Source of the DNA: Felis catus
Lineage: Eukaryota
Length of the DNA stretch: 64,000 bases
NCBI RefSeq assembly: GCF_018350175.1
Contig: NC_058368.1
Location: forward strand, 193,690,001-193,754,000
Reading direction: 5' to 3'
The notes under the pieces were generated by a model. That model did not search any database. It saw only the letters and a program-made list of their open reading frames with translations, and was not told the DNA's origin. Of the stretch, positions 24,262-37,592 are shown one piece after another (positions within the stretch are counted from its first letter, which is position 1; each line of letters begins with the position of its first letter). Made by a program: the position numbers and the translations under genes.

Positions 24262-24476
24262 TTTTTTTTTTTCAACGTTTATTTATTTTTGGGACAGAGA
24301 GAGACAGAGCATGAACGGGGGAGGGGCAGAAAGAGAGGGAGACACAGAATCGGAAGCAGGCTCCAGGCTCTGAGCCATCAGCCCAGAGCCTGACGCGGGG
24401 CTCGAACTCACGGACCGCAAGATCGTGACCTGGCTGAAGTCGGACGCTTAACCGACTGTGCCACCCAGGCGCCCCT
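24262..24476 (-). mobile_element. Young felid SINE (SINEC_Fc-like, CpG-rich)
   Basis: Retains many CpGs; TSD TAACAGTTTATTTTCT. Confidence 0.96.
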
Positions 24477-26419
24477 TTAACAGTTTATTTTCTATATATA
24501 GGAAGTGCCTCCTGAGCCCATCAAATGCACTTCAGCCTTTGAGAATTTCTCTAGACCTTCTGTGGTAGCACTGTTTATTTTTCCTGATCCCAACTTCACC
24601 CCTGGATATCTTTCTGTTCTTCTTTTACTCTATCTCCTATATCCTGTAAGCCCCGTCTTCCCACCCAGAACTGGACAGAGAATTGCACATCCCCCCTTAT
24701 TCGGGGAAAGAGCCAGTTAAACCCATGTGACAGACAGAGAGACAGAAGCTCACAAAGTTAAACAACTTACCCCGAGTCTGCTGAAAACTCCTGACCAACA
24801 TGGATATGGTCAGAACTCTGTCATTATGAAGGCCTATTATGAGGTATCCCACATGACAGCTGACGTCTATAACAAACATTTTTACCGTATGTCTTTGATG
24901 TACCTCTTACACATCAAATAAAGAGGTATTCTCTTTGGTATAGTAATTTCAAGGGCCATCACACATCCCGAAATATCTTCTCGTGATTGACTTATTGCCA
25001 GAATTCCACCATTGGATAAAAGCTTCATTATATCTTTCAATGCCCTTAGATGTTTTTAAATGTCATTGGGAGGAGTAAATATTAGCTCCCTTTTAATCAC
25101 TATGTCATTGACTCAAACTAAGTTTTCAGTATCTTTGGCAATAAGATTGTGGGGAGAGAACATGAGGATAAATTGTGGAGGGGAGGAGAGAGTTGAATAG
25201 TATTCATAATAATAGCTATTTGCTATGTTCTAGGCACTGTTACACAACTCTACATACCTCTTACCATCTACTGTTCAAAACAGTTATATAATGCGTAATA
25301 TAATCAGAAGAGTAAATTAACTTATATAGAAGAAATTGTTTTTCCAAGGTCACGATGATTGGAACAGATTTTTGTTTGTTGTTTCATATACCCATGATTA
25401 TGCCTTTTCTGCTATACTCTCTGCCTCAGGTGAGATATTTTCAAGGAATTGGACAAAACAGACTTTTTTAAATGCAAAAGTCACCACAGAGCTTCCTGTT
25501 ATTACAACAGAAAAGGCACATCTGCCCTACTTCCCTTTGTAGGTCCATCACTTTTCTCTAACAGTGCCCTATGACCTAAACTTTTACTTCTATACTCTTC
25601 TTTTCAAATTATGCTATGTTGGTCTCAGACTGACAGAATTTGAGAGCTGACTCAGCAATTTTTAGCAAGAAAGACCAATAAGGACTGTTTTTTCTACCTG
25701 GTTGAAGTCACTGTAGCACTGAAATCTGTCACTAAAGCCCAGAGCAATTAATCCTGGAAATAATTCAGCTCACACCTACCTCAGGTGCCGATCTCACTCA
25801 ATGTGGGAAGTCACAAATGAGGTTTGGGCCTCCCCAGGATTTCTAGTTGTTCCTTTATCCCTCTTGGACACAAGCCTTCCACTTTTCTATGGATGCCCAG
25901 GATGTAATTTATTGTACTCTGTTGTGCATTTCTGCCTCTTTTCTACATGTGCAAAAGTGAGGTTTTCTGGGAAAGAAATATTAGGCATTGTTCAGGATGT
26001 TCAAGAGGAATTTGATGTTGGATCTGGGGTAGAAACTATTTCCAGCACCTTTTGGAGTTTATCCCAAAGAAGTCAGTATGATAGTGGAAAAAGCCTCAGG
26101 ACTGGAATCAGAAACCCTGGGTTGTAGGCTGCGCTTTGACACTGAGCTGCTCTCTGGACTTGGAGAGCCACACTGAATGACCACATGCCGCCTAGCAGGT
26201 AATTCGATGTACCTGTAGTTTCAACTACGAGTGTTCAATACAGCCCTGTGGTAGGCCAAGATTGCCATTGTTGGAGCACTTGGCAAGAGTTCTTTCTCAG
26301 GCTTTAGGACCTTTAAAGTAAGTCGACAAATATGACACATACAGGGATCACCTCTAGAACTGCCATCAGGGGCTAATTTTTCATGGATTGTGAATTGGGG
26401 AGTGACTACTAATGGGTAC

Positions 26420-26570
26420 AATATTTATGGGTTGATGAAAAAGTTCTAATAAGATTAGGATGATGATTGCATAACCTGGTAAATATGCTAAAAGCCATTG
26501 GAGTATACATTTTAAATGGGTAAACTGTATAGTATGTGAATTAAATCTCAAAAAAGCTGTTATTTTTATT
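26420..26570 (+). mobile_element. Old L1 3'UTR fragment
   Basis: 'gatgaaaaagttctaat...aaatgggtaaactgtatagtatgtgaattaaatctcaa'. Confidence 0.7.
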
Positions 26571-27529
26571 TTTAAGAGGTCTTACAGATAATAACCTAGC
26601 TTTTATTTCCAGTTCCTCAGTTCATCCTTTGTTAGATTTTACCTTGAGAAATTTGTGCCCTTTGGGACCAAGTGTATTTCTCCCCAGATAAAGGAAATGT
26701 ATTCTTTCCACAGAATATTTAGGGCTAGGGTACATAGTGGGCTTACTGTTTCTGCAACTGATAAAATAGAAACTTTCCTCTTTGATATGACATTAGTCAC
26801 ACTTTTGTGGAGGCAAATTAAATGTGATTTGAGGAAAACTAAGAAGGACCATCTAACTGAAATACCTACCTCTACCCCAAAAAAGTCAGTTACTCAGTCT
26901 TGGGGTATAAGCTTTTCAGTCTCTGGTTCTCTTGGCAAATCCAAATCTTACTTCAAAGAAACACTTCAAATCTTCAATTTAGGGTGAGCTGGTTGATCCG
27001 GTCTGTTCCTTACGTGATGTTGGATGTGATGATTACAACAGTGTTGGAATTCTTGGAGAAAGTATTAAAAAGTAAGGTAGGGACTGGAAGTGGAAGAGAA
27101 CAGAGAGAAGATACGAGGCACCAAAAATAGTCTTTCCTAAATTTATAGTCCATGGATTAAAGCCGTGAAGAATGTTGAAGGTAGGAGAGGTGACAAATCA
27201 AAGGTCAGGGTGGCCTTGGTTCATTCACACACTAAGTTGCAGGTTGAACTTGGGGAAAGAATGCTGTTGGGAAGAAAAGGGACTATTTAGTTGGAATTCG
27301 CTAACATGATTCACTCCACAGGTGTGTACACTTAGATGTGCTCGATTAGGAGAGGAAAAAGAGGAAGTAAAGGAAATTGTTTAAAAAAGGGTAAGATGGC
27401 AGCAGAATCAAGACAGAAATCATTGAAGACTACATATTTTTTATACATTCTAAAAAATGCATTCATATATTTTATATAAGAATACAGGCTGTACATGTTA
27501 TTTTTACATTATTTTTATATATTATAATT

Positions 27530-27905
27530 ATACATTAAAATTTATAATATTTTTATACATTATGAAATGATTGCAATAGGTCTAGTTACCATCTGTCATC
27601 ATACAAAATTATTACACTATTATTGACTATATTCCCTAAGTTGTGCGTTACATCTATGTGACTTATTTATTTTATAACTGGAAATATGTACTTGTTAATC
27701 CCCTTAACCTATTTCACCCATTCCCTCCCCCTTCCCCTCTGGCAACCACTAGTTTGTTCTATCTATGGATCTGTTTCTGTTTCATTTTCTTGTTTTGTTT
27801 TTTAGATTCCATCTATACATGAAATCATCTTGTATTTGGCTTTCTCTGTCTGACTTATTTCACTTAGCATAATACCCTTTAGGTCCATACATATTGTTGT
27901 AAATC
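27530..27905 (-). mobile_element. L1MA9-type 3' end
   Basis: 'agttaccatctgtcatcatacaaaattattacactattattgactatattccc...tgacttatttcacttagcataatac'. Confidence 0.8.
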
Positions 27906-28569
27906 AGTAGGTATTTCTAAAAAAGGTTGATGTTGTTATTTCCTCCATGGATAGTTACTGCATACTCCATGGACTTGGGGAAAAAAACCCCACACCTCTA
28001 AGACTAATGAGAAACTGGTATTACTGAATTGATTTACAAAACCAAACCACACACAATAAGCCAGTAATTAAATTGAACACATCATAAACATCCATCTTGA
28101 TTTCACCTTCTGGCTGAGCAGATGATGCTACCTTAAATTTTTAAATTTTATGACACAATGCTAATGCTGGTATAATACAATAATGGGGCATTAGCAGTAG
28201 GAATAAGATCATCTGTCTGTTACTTGGCTACTTTGTGGAGAGGGAGAATGTATTGCTATTATTAATGATGTTTCAGGGTCAAAATCATAGCTATTGCTAG
28301 GCAAATATTTTTGACACAGAAAGAGTGAACTGAAGTAGAGAAAAACCTGGGATTTTGTTCTTTCTACAGTTCTGCCCATTTCTAGCTGTATGAACTAGAC
28401 CAAAACCTTTCCCCTCTGAGACTTGGTTTCCCCATGTATAAAATTATGGTATAAGATTAGATAAACTTTAAGTCTTGAATTTAAATATGATATATGTCCC
28501 TTAAATTAGGACATTTAGCCAGACAGACCCTAAACATTATAACTGTCCTATAAATGATTTTGTTTCATT

Positions 28570-28802
28570 ATTTAAAAAAAATATATTTATTTTTTGAGAG
28601 AGAGAGCGAGCACATGCAGAAAAGGGGCAGAAAGAATCCCAAGCAGGCTCTGCACTGACAAAGCAGAACCTGACACAGGGCTTGATTCATGAACCAGGAG
28701 ATCATGACCTGAGCCGAAATCAAAAGTCAGGAACCAGGAGATCATGACCTGAGCTGAAATCAAGAGTTGGACACTCAACCAATTGAGCCACCCAGGAGAC
28801 CC
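28570..28802 (-). mobile_element. Carnivore SINE with internal 40-bp tandem duplication
   Basis: TSD CCTATAAATGATTTT; duplicated unit 28691-28730 / 28731-28770. Confidence 0.92.
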
Positions 28803-29399
28803 TATAAATGATTTTATAAAAACAACTCAAAATTTGGGTTCAGAGGAACCAGTGTGTGACTGTCAGATTGGCTACTTCTTAGTTGTGTGATCTCTTTACT
28901 AATCACTTCGATGGTCTGAAGCTCACTCTCTCTGAGATTGAAAATGGGTGTAAGTCAGTATCATATTATATATCTTACAGAGTTCCTGTAGCATACAAAT
29001 GAAGCATGTAAATATACTTGAATTTTTATGTTTTTCATGGTAGTAAAAGTGGTAGAAATGTTGGCAGTAATTAGTAGTATTTAAGTGGTTGTGATAACAA
29101 CTTATATTTATTGAGCACTAACTGTATGCTATTCACTAGTTTGAACATTATATGGGTACTGTCCCATTTCATCCCCATAACAATCATTTGAGAAAGGTGC
29201 CTCAATTTTCCCATTTTATAGTTAGATAAAATGGCTCAAAAAGTCCAACTTACTTGCTCAGTGACAGTTAATAAATGGTGCCACTCAGATGCAAACCTGG
29301 GGCAATCAGACTCTGGAGTCTGAGCTTTCACCTACTGTGTTATACTGATTTATTCCTCCAGTATAAAATAGATTCAGATTTCTATGTGGAGATTTCTAC

Positions 29400-30000
29400 T
29401 TCCAGCAGTGTTCTTGTTTGAAATGAACATTTCCACTAAGAATACTGGAAAAGTTATACCCAAAAATTCTGCTTAAAGATATTGGAGAGCTACTAAAGCA
29501 GTGGGCAATCAAATAAAAAAAAAATCACTGGGTGTCGAACAGATAAATATTGACCAAGGACTATGAGAACATAACAGGACCACAAGAAATTCAGATATTA
29601 AGAATGATGAATTTCAAATAACTCTAATATGCTCAAGATATTAAAGGACAAGATGGGAAATTTCCATAGAAAACTGATATTTACAAAAGGAATAAATATC
29701 TCCAAAAAAGAATCAATGGAAACAACAATATTTCAAATTAGTATCTCAGGGGATAAGTTTAACTGTACATTTAGCAGTGTAGAGAAGCGCAAGAAAGAAG
29801 AAAATACCTAGCCTGAAACACAGACAAAAGGATGCCAGTGCAAAAAACAAAACAAAACACAACAACATAAGGGATATGGAGACACAGTGAAAAGACTTAA
29901 CATAAGTAGAATTGGGGCCCCAGAAGAAGAGGGGAGAAAGAATGAACAGAAGCAATACTTTAAGAAAAAATAGCTTAGACTTTTCCAAGGAGAAGATATA
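29400..30000 (+). mobile_element. Degraded L1/HAL1 ORF1-like fragment followed by (TA)n
   Basis: A-rich coiled-coil-like remnants, 'agaattggggccccagaagaagaggggagaaagaatg'; (TA)n 30000-30073. Confidence 0.6.
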
Positions 30001-30033
30001 TATTTGTTTATATATGTGTATGTGTATATATAC

Positions 30034-30075
<42 letters not shown>

Positions 30076-31989
30076 TGACACGAAATTACTAATAAAACTG
30101 TATAGTCTTGGGGTTATTGTTCCTTACTTTATAGCTGGAAGAGACCTTTGAGATAATGGAAATGTCAAGCAACTCATTGAAGTAATAGTTGGAGAAAAAT
30201 GGAGATTTATGGACACTGTGCTTTGAGAACAGAAGGGACCTTTGATGATGTGGAATTTGTTTGAGAGACTGAGAAATGTGGGGAAAAGATGAAGAAATTT
30301 GGGTTCAGTGTCTTTGCTTCCTCAGATATGTAGAGCATCAAGAAGATCCTGGTTTGGGGATCAGAAGAATTTGGGGCCCAGCCATTATACGTACGTTTTG
30401 AGAGAGGATTAGGGAAGTGCCTACTTCCTATTCACTCAGTCATTAATGTAGCATTCAACTTCTTTGAAGCCCAGCACCTTCGTTTGAAACTAGGAATGAC
30501 AGTGCATTCTTCACAGAGATTTTATAACTGGCAATGTATGCCAAGAACTGCCCTAGTGCCTGGCACATTCAAGGTCCTCCATTAATGTTAGCTCCCTTTC
30601 CATTTTTTTCCTCTGTATTAATTATGAAAATTATTTCCAAGTTTTGTGCAGAGTTCCTTATTTTCCTATTAAAGTCGCAATGGTTTTCTGCCAAGCAGAA
30701 CCCCAAAACAAGGAATAATAAAAGGTTCCAGAATAGAGCAGTTTTATTGCCAATAATACCTCTTTGGTATTGGGTTAAACTGGGTAAATTTGGTATTGGG
30801 TAAATTCAGTTACCCAGATGCTTAGAGAAAAGAAACAAGGCAGATATTTAGAATTCACAGGTACTTTTGAAAAGTCAGTGCCCCAAATAGCGGTAAAGGA
30901 ATCAGCTAATAGATAAATCTCTCACTCTTTAAGAACACTAACCAGTATTCCACCAAATACCACTATTTGAGGGAGCTTTCCTATGTGCTAGTGCTCACTT
31001 CTGGTTGAATGGTTTTATTTCACCAGTAGGTTATGGTTTCACTTTCTACTTTATCAACTTTATCACTCAAGATCTTTTCCTTTCTCTAAAAGCAGGTGAT
31101 TTGCTGTTTCTTGTTTTCCAGTTTCTCTCTGGTGGCATATTAAAAATTCTTTTTAAACATACTTATTAGAGTTGATGTTTTCTGTATTACCAACCAACCA
31201 ATAACATGATGTTAAGTAACATGCGCTAAGCAGTTTTTACCCAAGCACAGCAAAAACTCTATGGTCAGGTTGGGGTGGGGGGGTGTGTGACTAATGTCTA
31301 TCCTGGGGTGAGTCAAAATCTTCTTGTTGCCCCTACCATACTTCCAAAGGTTCTAGACCATTCTAATATATGTTGTCTTTCTACCATATTTATTTAGTGG
31401 TACTATTGTTGTGAAAGCTGGATGAGGTAAACATGTGAAATCTTAGAAAATAGAAAACTTTAATAACTGTTGTTATAATGACGAGGCTGATAATCATGAT
31501 GGCAGCCAGTGTTTTCTGGCAGAAGTTACAGACACGTTTAAGACAAAACAAAGTTATTCCTCTCCACAGGGAAATGTATAAAGCATGCTGGATACAGAGG
31601 TACTACAGGTTGAAACTATAATAAGGTTTTGGGGAGATGACATTAATTGAGACTAACTACTAAATGTACCACAGTTAATTTAAGGGAGATTACTCTATCG
31701 TATGATCATGGATATAAGTTCTCCAAAATGCCTTCACATTTGAATGTCCATTACACTTACTCACTGTCTAACAAAATATAAAAAAGCCGGGAAGCCTGTC
31801 CCATGTATGATTGAGAAAGGGTCACTTTCTGTGTATTAAAATGAGAGTTTTTCTATCTCTGGCTACTTTTGGCTTAAAAGGAAGAGTAAAAATGATAACC
31901 ATAGGTCCGTATTTCCATGTTAATTTGTGGTCCAGAGACATGTTCCCACAAACAAGTTCCATAGTATTTAGGAAGCAACAGGATATCCT

Positions 31990-32470
31990 TGTTGGAAAGT
32001 TAGGAAGACCAGAAAAATATTGATTGACTTAAGCGATCATTGGTAAGATTGGTGACAAAAGAAAAATGTGCTATTCAGTTTTGCCTTCAAGGAAGCTGTT
32101 CGCCCAGGCTACCAAAAATGCTTGTCAGTAAACAGCCTTCAGCTGGCAGCAACTTCAAGGATTGCATCAGCTGTAGAGAGTCACCCCATCCAATCTCATG
32201 GTCTTCCCAGGTGGCCCACCTTCCTAGATGGCTCACATCCAATGACTGATTGAGGCTGGGTTTTTAAAAGCCTGGCCATTTTGGAAGAATGCAGGCCATT
32301 TTATTTCCTGACTCCCCTGTGGGCTGGCCAAGCTCATTTTCTCTCTCTGTAGAAACCTGTTTTCTTCCCTTCGCTTTCACAAGTGTTAATTGCAAGGGTA
32401 CTCCCTCAATAAATATACTGCACATTTCATTGTTTCAGAATTTGCTTTCCAGAAAATCCAACTTGAGACA
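31990..32470 (+). mobile_element. Old ERVL-class LTR
   Basis: TG start; 'ctcaataaat' poly(A) region and 3' end 'cagaatttgctttccagaaaatccaacttgagaca' typical of ERVL LTRs. Confidence 0.6.
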
Positions 32471-32672
32471 GATTTTGTACTATACGGGGCAAGTAGAAAA
32501 AACTCTGGATTTAGAGACTGAAAATTGTGGATTCTAGTGGTGTTTGTGACACTTAGGCAACCTGGGGCTAGGTACCGCACGTGTCTCAATGGTGGGCCTT
32601 TGTGTGCTGTGTTTGTGTGTGTGTAAAATACAGATAAAAAACCATTCTCATGGCATCATGTAAGAAATGAAA

Positions 32673-32875
32673 GAGGCGCACCTGAGTGGCTCATTTGGTC
32701 AAGCATCTGACTCTTGATTTTGGATCAGGTCATGATCTCACAGCCCCGTGAGATGGAGCCTGCTTGGGATCCTCTCTCTCCCCCTCTATTTCTGCCCCTC
32801 CCCCACTCGTGCTCTTTCGCTTGCATACACACACTCTCCCTCTCAAAATAAATAAATAAACATTAAGAAAAAAAG
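32673..32875 (+). mobile_element. Carnivore SINE
   Basis: Head 'gaggcgcacctgagtggctca', A-rich tail. Confidence 0.9.
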
Positions 32876-33317
32876 GATAGAATCATGCTGGATGTGCTCT
32901 AAAGGTGGTAGGATAATTTGTAAAGCACAAAGCATAATGAAGATGCTAATTACTGAACCATCATTGTGTATTTCTTTATCCTCCGAGCAAGACTTGTGTA
33001 GATTACTGTTCCTGTATGAACACACAAACACAAATGCTAACACATTTCTATCTTGAATACTCTGGAAAAACATTTTGAGGGAGTTCTTAAGTCATCACAA
33101 GCTTGGGAAATGTTTTTCTTGTCAAATGAATAGGTAAAAATATAACTGGTAAAAAAAATGGGTGTCTCAGACTTTATTGTAATTATCCATATTTGTATTC
33201 ATGTAGCACAACTTCATTCGCTTTCATCTTGATATTGAGCTTTCTATGGAGAGAGGAATACAGAGAGCTACTATATAATATTTAGTTTGAATTCTGTTTT
33301 TTTCTACTTTATTGCAG

Positions 33318-33387
33318 AGAGAAATTTAATATTTTATATTTTGAAGATGCCATAAAGAACAAAACCAGATAGAATTTGAAAAATTGG
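33318..33387 (+). pseudogene. Candidate decayed exon (REI*YFIF*RCHKEQNQIEFEKL)
   Basis: Strong acceptor ttttttctactttattgcag|; weak donor TGG|gtaaac; stops at 33327 and 33342. Confidence 0.22.
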
Positions 33388-33929
33388 GTAAACAAGCATT
33401 TGATAACCCTATAAGGGAATCAGGAATCACAAAATCCAATTCCAGTGCAGAAACATAGACATTTATATCTGGCTTCAGCAAGCCTGTGGTTATGTCCATA
33501 GCTTGTAAATCAAAAGGAGGAGTTTACCAATTAACAGGACTTCCAACTTCAAATGTTGCTTTGTATTCATTCACTAATTTGTTCACTCAAAATAATTTAA
33601 TGTACAATGTACAAAGCACATGCCTCCTTAAAAGCAGCATTTACTTCCTTTTGGTAACTGTTCTATGCCTAGAGTTTGGCACAGTAATTGGCACAGGGTC
33701 GTGCTCCAAAGTGTTTGTTGAATTGGTACATGAATAATTGAATGAAGACACTGCTATGGGTTCTGTAGCTGAAAGCCAAAATGAATTAGACCTGGATCGT
33801 AGATCTTTGTCTCTTCCTGATGCCTTTCACTGAATGTCTCCTCCTCTGCTTAGGCTATAAATATTGTGGGTTGTCAAGGTCTTCACTCTCCTTTACCTAG
33901 GCAAGTTCATCAAATCCAACATTTTTTTT

Positions 33930-35560
33930 TTCTGTTAACTAATTGGAAATATACATACAGAAAAGTGCATAGATCAAAAGTAGACATCATCATGATTTGT
34001 ACACCATGAATACACTCATGAAACCAGCAACCAGATCAGAATGCAGAATAGTCACAGAAACCCACTTCAAGCCCAATTTGAGTCATTATCCCTATATTTC
34101 AATTTTAATTTTCATGAGGTTTTAGTTTTACCTGTTTTTGAACTTTATAAAAAATGGAAATACACAGAAGGTGTTCTTTCATATCTAGCTGCTTTTGCTT
34201 GATATTGTATTTGAGATTGATCCCTGGGTATAGTAATAGTTCATTTTTATTTCTGGATATTACCCATTGTATGAATACGGCATACTTTGTTTATCCATTC
34301 TACTGTTGATGGACATTTGGCATTTGAGTTGTTTTCACTTTTGGCTATTAAGATTCATGCTGCTGTGAATAATCTCGCGTGTCCTTTGGTGCACATTGTT
34401 AGGTGTTTTGTAGAGCAAGTATTTAGGAGGGTAGTAGGACATGTACTTTATACTTTAAATATATGTATGTATTACCAAAGTGGTTATGTTGGATGAACAC
34501 TGTATGAGTGTTGCTACTGTTGTACATCCCTGCCAATACTTGCTATTTTTGTTTTTGTTTTTTTTTTTTGCTTTGTTTTGTTCTTCATTTTAGCCTTTCT
34601 GGTATCTCATTGTAGTGTTAATTTACATTTCTTTAATAATGGATTTGAGCTCCTTTTCATCCATTTGAATATCCTCTTTGGGGAAGTGTCTGTTTGGCCA
34701 TTTTTCTGTTTTTCTATTGATGTTTAGGAGTTTATGTATTCTGGTTGTGAGCTCTTGTTAGATAAATGTATTGCAGACATAGTCTCCCACATTACTGTTG
34801 GACTTTTCAGTCTTTCTATGGTGTTTTGTTTCGTTTTATGATGAGAGGAGTTCTTAAAGTCTGAAATAGTCTTGTATAAGAACTCTTCCCCCCACCTGCC
34901 TCAAGATCATAAAGATAATTTCCTACGATCTCATAAAAACTTAGTGTTTTACTTTTTCTCTTTAGGTGAACATTCTACCTAGGTTAATTTTTGCATACAG
35001 TATGAAATAGGACTTGAGATATACTTTTTCCATATGGATATCCAATTTATTTAGCATAATTTACTGAAAAGACTCTGGTTTCTCTACTTCACTGTAGTAT
35101 CTGTCCCCTTTGTCATCTATCATCTATACATATATCATCTATACATATATCATCTATCATCTATACATATATCATATGTATAAAAGGTCTGTTTCTGAAC
35201 TCTTTTTCTTCCATTTTATTAATTACATTGGTCTCTTTATTTCTATCCTTATGCTGATGTAGCATGATCATTATTACTATTACTTTGTAATAAATCATGA
35301 TACTTGGTAAGTCTTCCAACTTTGTTCTTCTTTTTAAATAGTTTTGGTTTTTCTTGTATCTTTGAATTTCTATAACATTTTAGAATCGGTCTATAAATGC
35401 TCTCTCTCTCTCTCACGCACAAACATCCCAAAAACTTCAGTGAAATTGGTTAAAAATTTAAAATCAATTAATGCAACTTACCACATTATCAGAAAAGGGG
35501 GAAATATAAATATTTTAACTCTATCATGCTTTGAACTCTGTAATATGATTTCTGACATTT
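33930..35560 (-). mobile_element. Old L1 (L1ME-like) 3' portion
   Basis: 'tttatccattctactgttgatggacatttgg', 'catatggatatccaatt...tttactgaaaagact'. Confidence 0.8.
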
Positions 35561-37275
35561 TTATTATTTTTAATTATGATTATATTCTTTTTACTGTTAT
35601 TGTTACTTCCTATTTCCATCACTTACTGCATTCCCACACAACATCCAGTATTAAACTCTTACCAGTCTTGCCATTTCACAGTAGTTCATCGACTACTTTT
35701 TTCTTCTTGAGTTGCTCTCTGCCTTTGTTTCCATGACCACACTCTACTGGCTTACTTCATCCTCCACTGGCCCTGCCTTGTCTGTCCTTTAGGGGTTCAC
35801 TTCCCTCTACCTGACCCTTAAAAGTTAATGTTTCACTGCCATCCTTCACTGATTTTACCCTGTAGTCCCAACATCCACGTAAAGCAGAGGAACAGCCAAG
35901 CCCTTGTGAGGAGGCAGAGAAGAAACTCTTGGTGGAAGGAGTTAGGTCATGGAGTTTATATCTTCAACAAAAGGAGAAATGTGTTAAACAAAAATCAATA
36001 ATACTGCTTTTACCTTCTTCTGGTGATTGGATGAAGCCACCCACTTCTGTCCCTCAAATTTTAACTCTTAAACCTCTAGAACTTCCTTAGACTTCTTACC
36101 TGACCATGTCCAAATATCAAATGGATGGTCACATTTAAATGTCCCATAAATACCAAACACCTAACACATCCCCAAATAAACTTATAACCCAGCCCTATCT
36201 TATCCTACTGGATGCCATGTATGTGTGAATGATACCGTCTTTGACCCAACTGCTCCAGCCAGAAACCTAGGAATTGTCTATATTTCCTTTTGGTCAATAT
36301 TCAGCTCAGATGACCTATTCTTCCAACTGTTCTTTCCAGGGATTTTAGCTGCATTGTGTGTATGTATGAATTATTAAATACTATACCATATTCTTATATC
36401 TTTTGAATATCTATTCTATTTGACTATAAGTTACTCAGTGGCAGACACTATGTCTTATTCACCTTTGAATACCCAGTGCCTAGAATGGTTCACTCCTTAT
36501 GAATATTCTCAAACTAATCTGCATTTAAAGATTAAGTGGGGTAAGTGTCAAGGAAGTAGAACAGATAGATTGCTGTAGCGGTCACCAGAAGGAAAGGATT
36601 CTTGGGACTGGGAACATCAAGAAAGGCTTTATTGAGCAAGTGGTAGTTAAATAGGATTGGACGACTGGACATGGCAGGAAGGGAATTCTGGACTGACACT
36701 TACTAGTGTCAGTAAGTGTCAGCATTCCTGCAGCAAGTTGTATAATATGTGTAAGCCTCAGCTCTTTGTAAAATGGGAGTCATTGTGGTATTTTACTGCA
36801 TTTACAAGAATTAAATGAGTTAGTACATGTAAAGCAATTATGAAAAAAACCTGGCAAACGATAACCACTCAGTAAATGTTAATTGTTAATATTAATGAAA
36901 GAACTCAAACACAGGCAGTTAGGAGAGTACAGAGCACAGGCAGAGTAGAGGAGATTGGTGTGGTTTGTAAGACAAGACATGAAGTAGAATTATTGCAAAT
37001 TTAGGTGGAAAGTGAAGGGAGATAGAATTCATAGAAGACAGCAAATTCCCTAAGTGGTATTAATTTGAAATATATAATTGTCTGAATAGTATGACTTACT
37101 TAATGGAGATAAAGCAGCTATATATAGCTGGCATGTAGGCCTTTACTACCTCAATTTTGTGCCCATATTAGACAGCAGGTGAAGGCTACACTTACATGTG
37201 GCTTCCACATTCTCCATAAATTGACAATGCCTGCCGAACCTATCAACCCAGAATCTACTTAGAATCTCTGAGTAG

Positions 37276-37592
37276 CTGGTGATTAAAAAGAATGAAATCT
37301 TGTCATTTGCAACAATGTGGGTGGAATTGGAGGGTATTAAGCGAAATAAGCCAATGAGAGATTGACAGATACCCACTATTTCACTCATATATGGAACTTG
37401 AGCAACTTAACAGATGATCATAGGGGAAGGGGAAGAAAAATAAGATAAAAACAGAGAGGAAGGCAAACAATGAGACTTTTAAATACAGAGAACAAACAGG
37501 GTTGATGGGGTGTTGAAGATGATGGGCATTAAGGAGGGCACCTGTTGTGATGAGCACTGGGTGTTATATATAAGTGATAAATGAAAAAAAAA
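37276..37592 (+). mobile_element. Short carnivore L1 3' fragment
   Basis: 'aaagaatgaaatcttgtcatttgcaacaatgtgg...gatgagcactgggtg', poly-A, perfect TSD AATCTCTGAGTAG (37263-37275 / 37593-37605). Confidence 0.92.

Noticed and set aside
35344..35736. Longest ORF in the track (130 aa)
   Set aside because: Non-ATG start, overlaps an antisense L1ME fossil, low-complexity composition.
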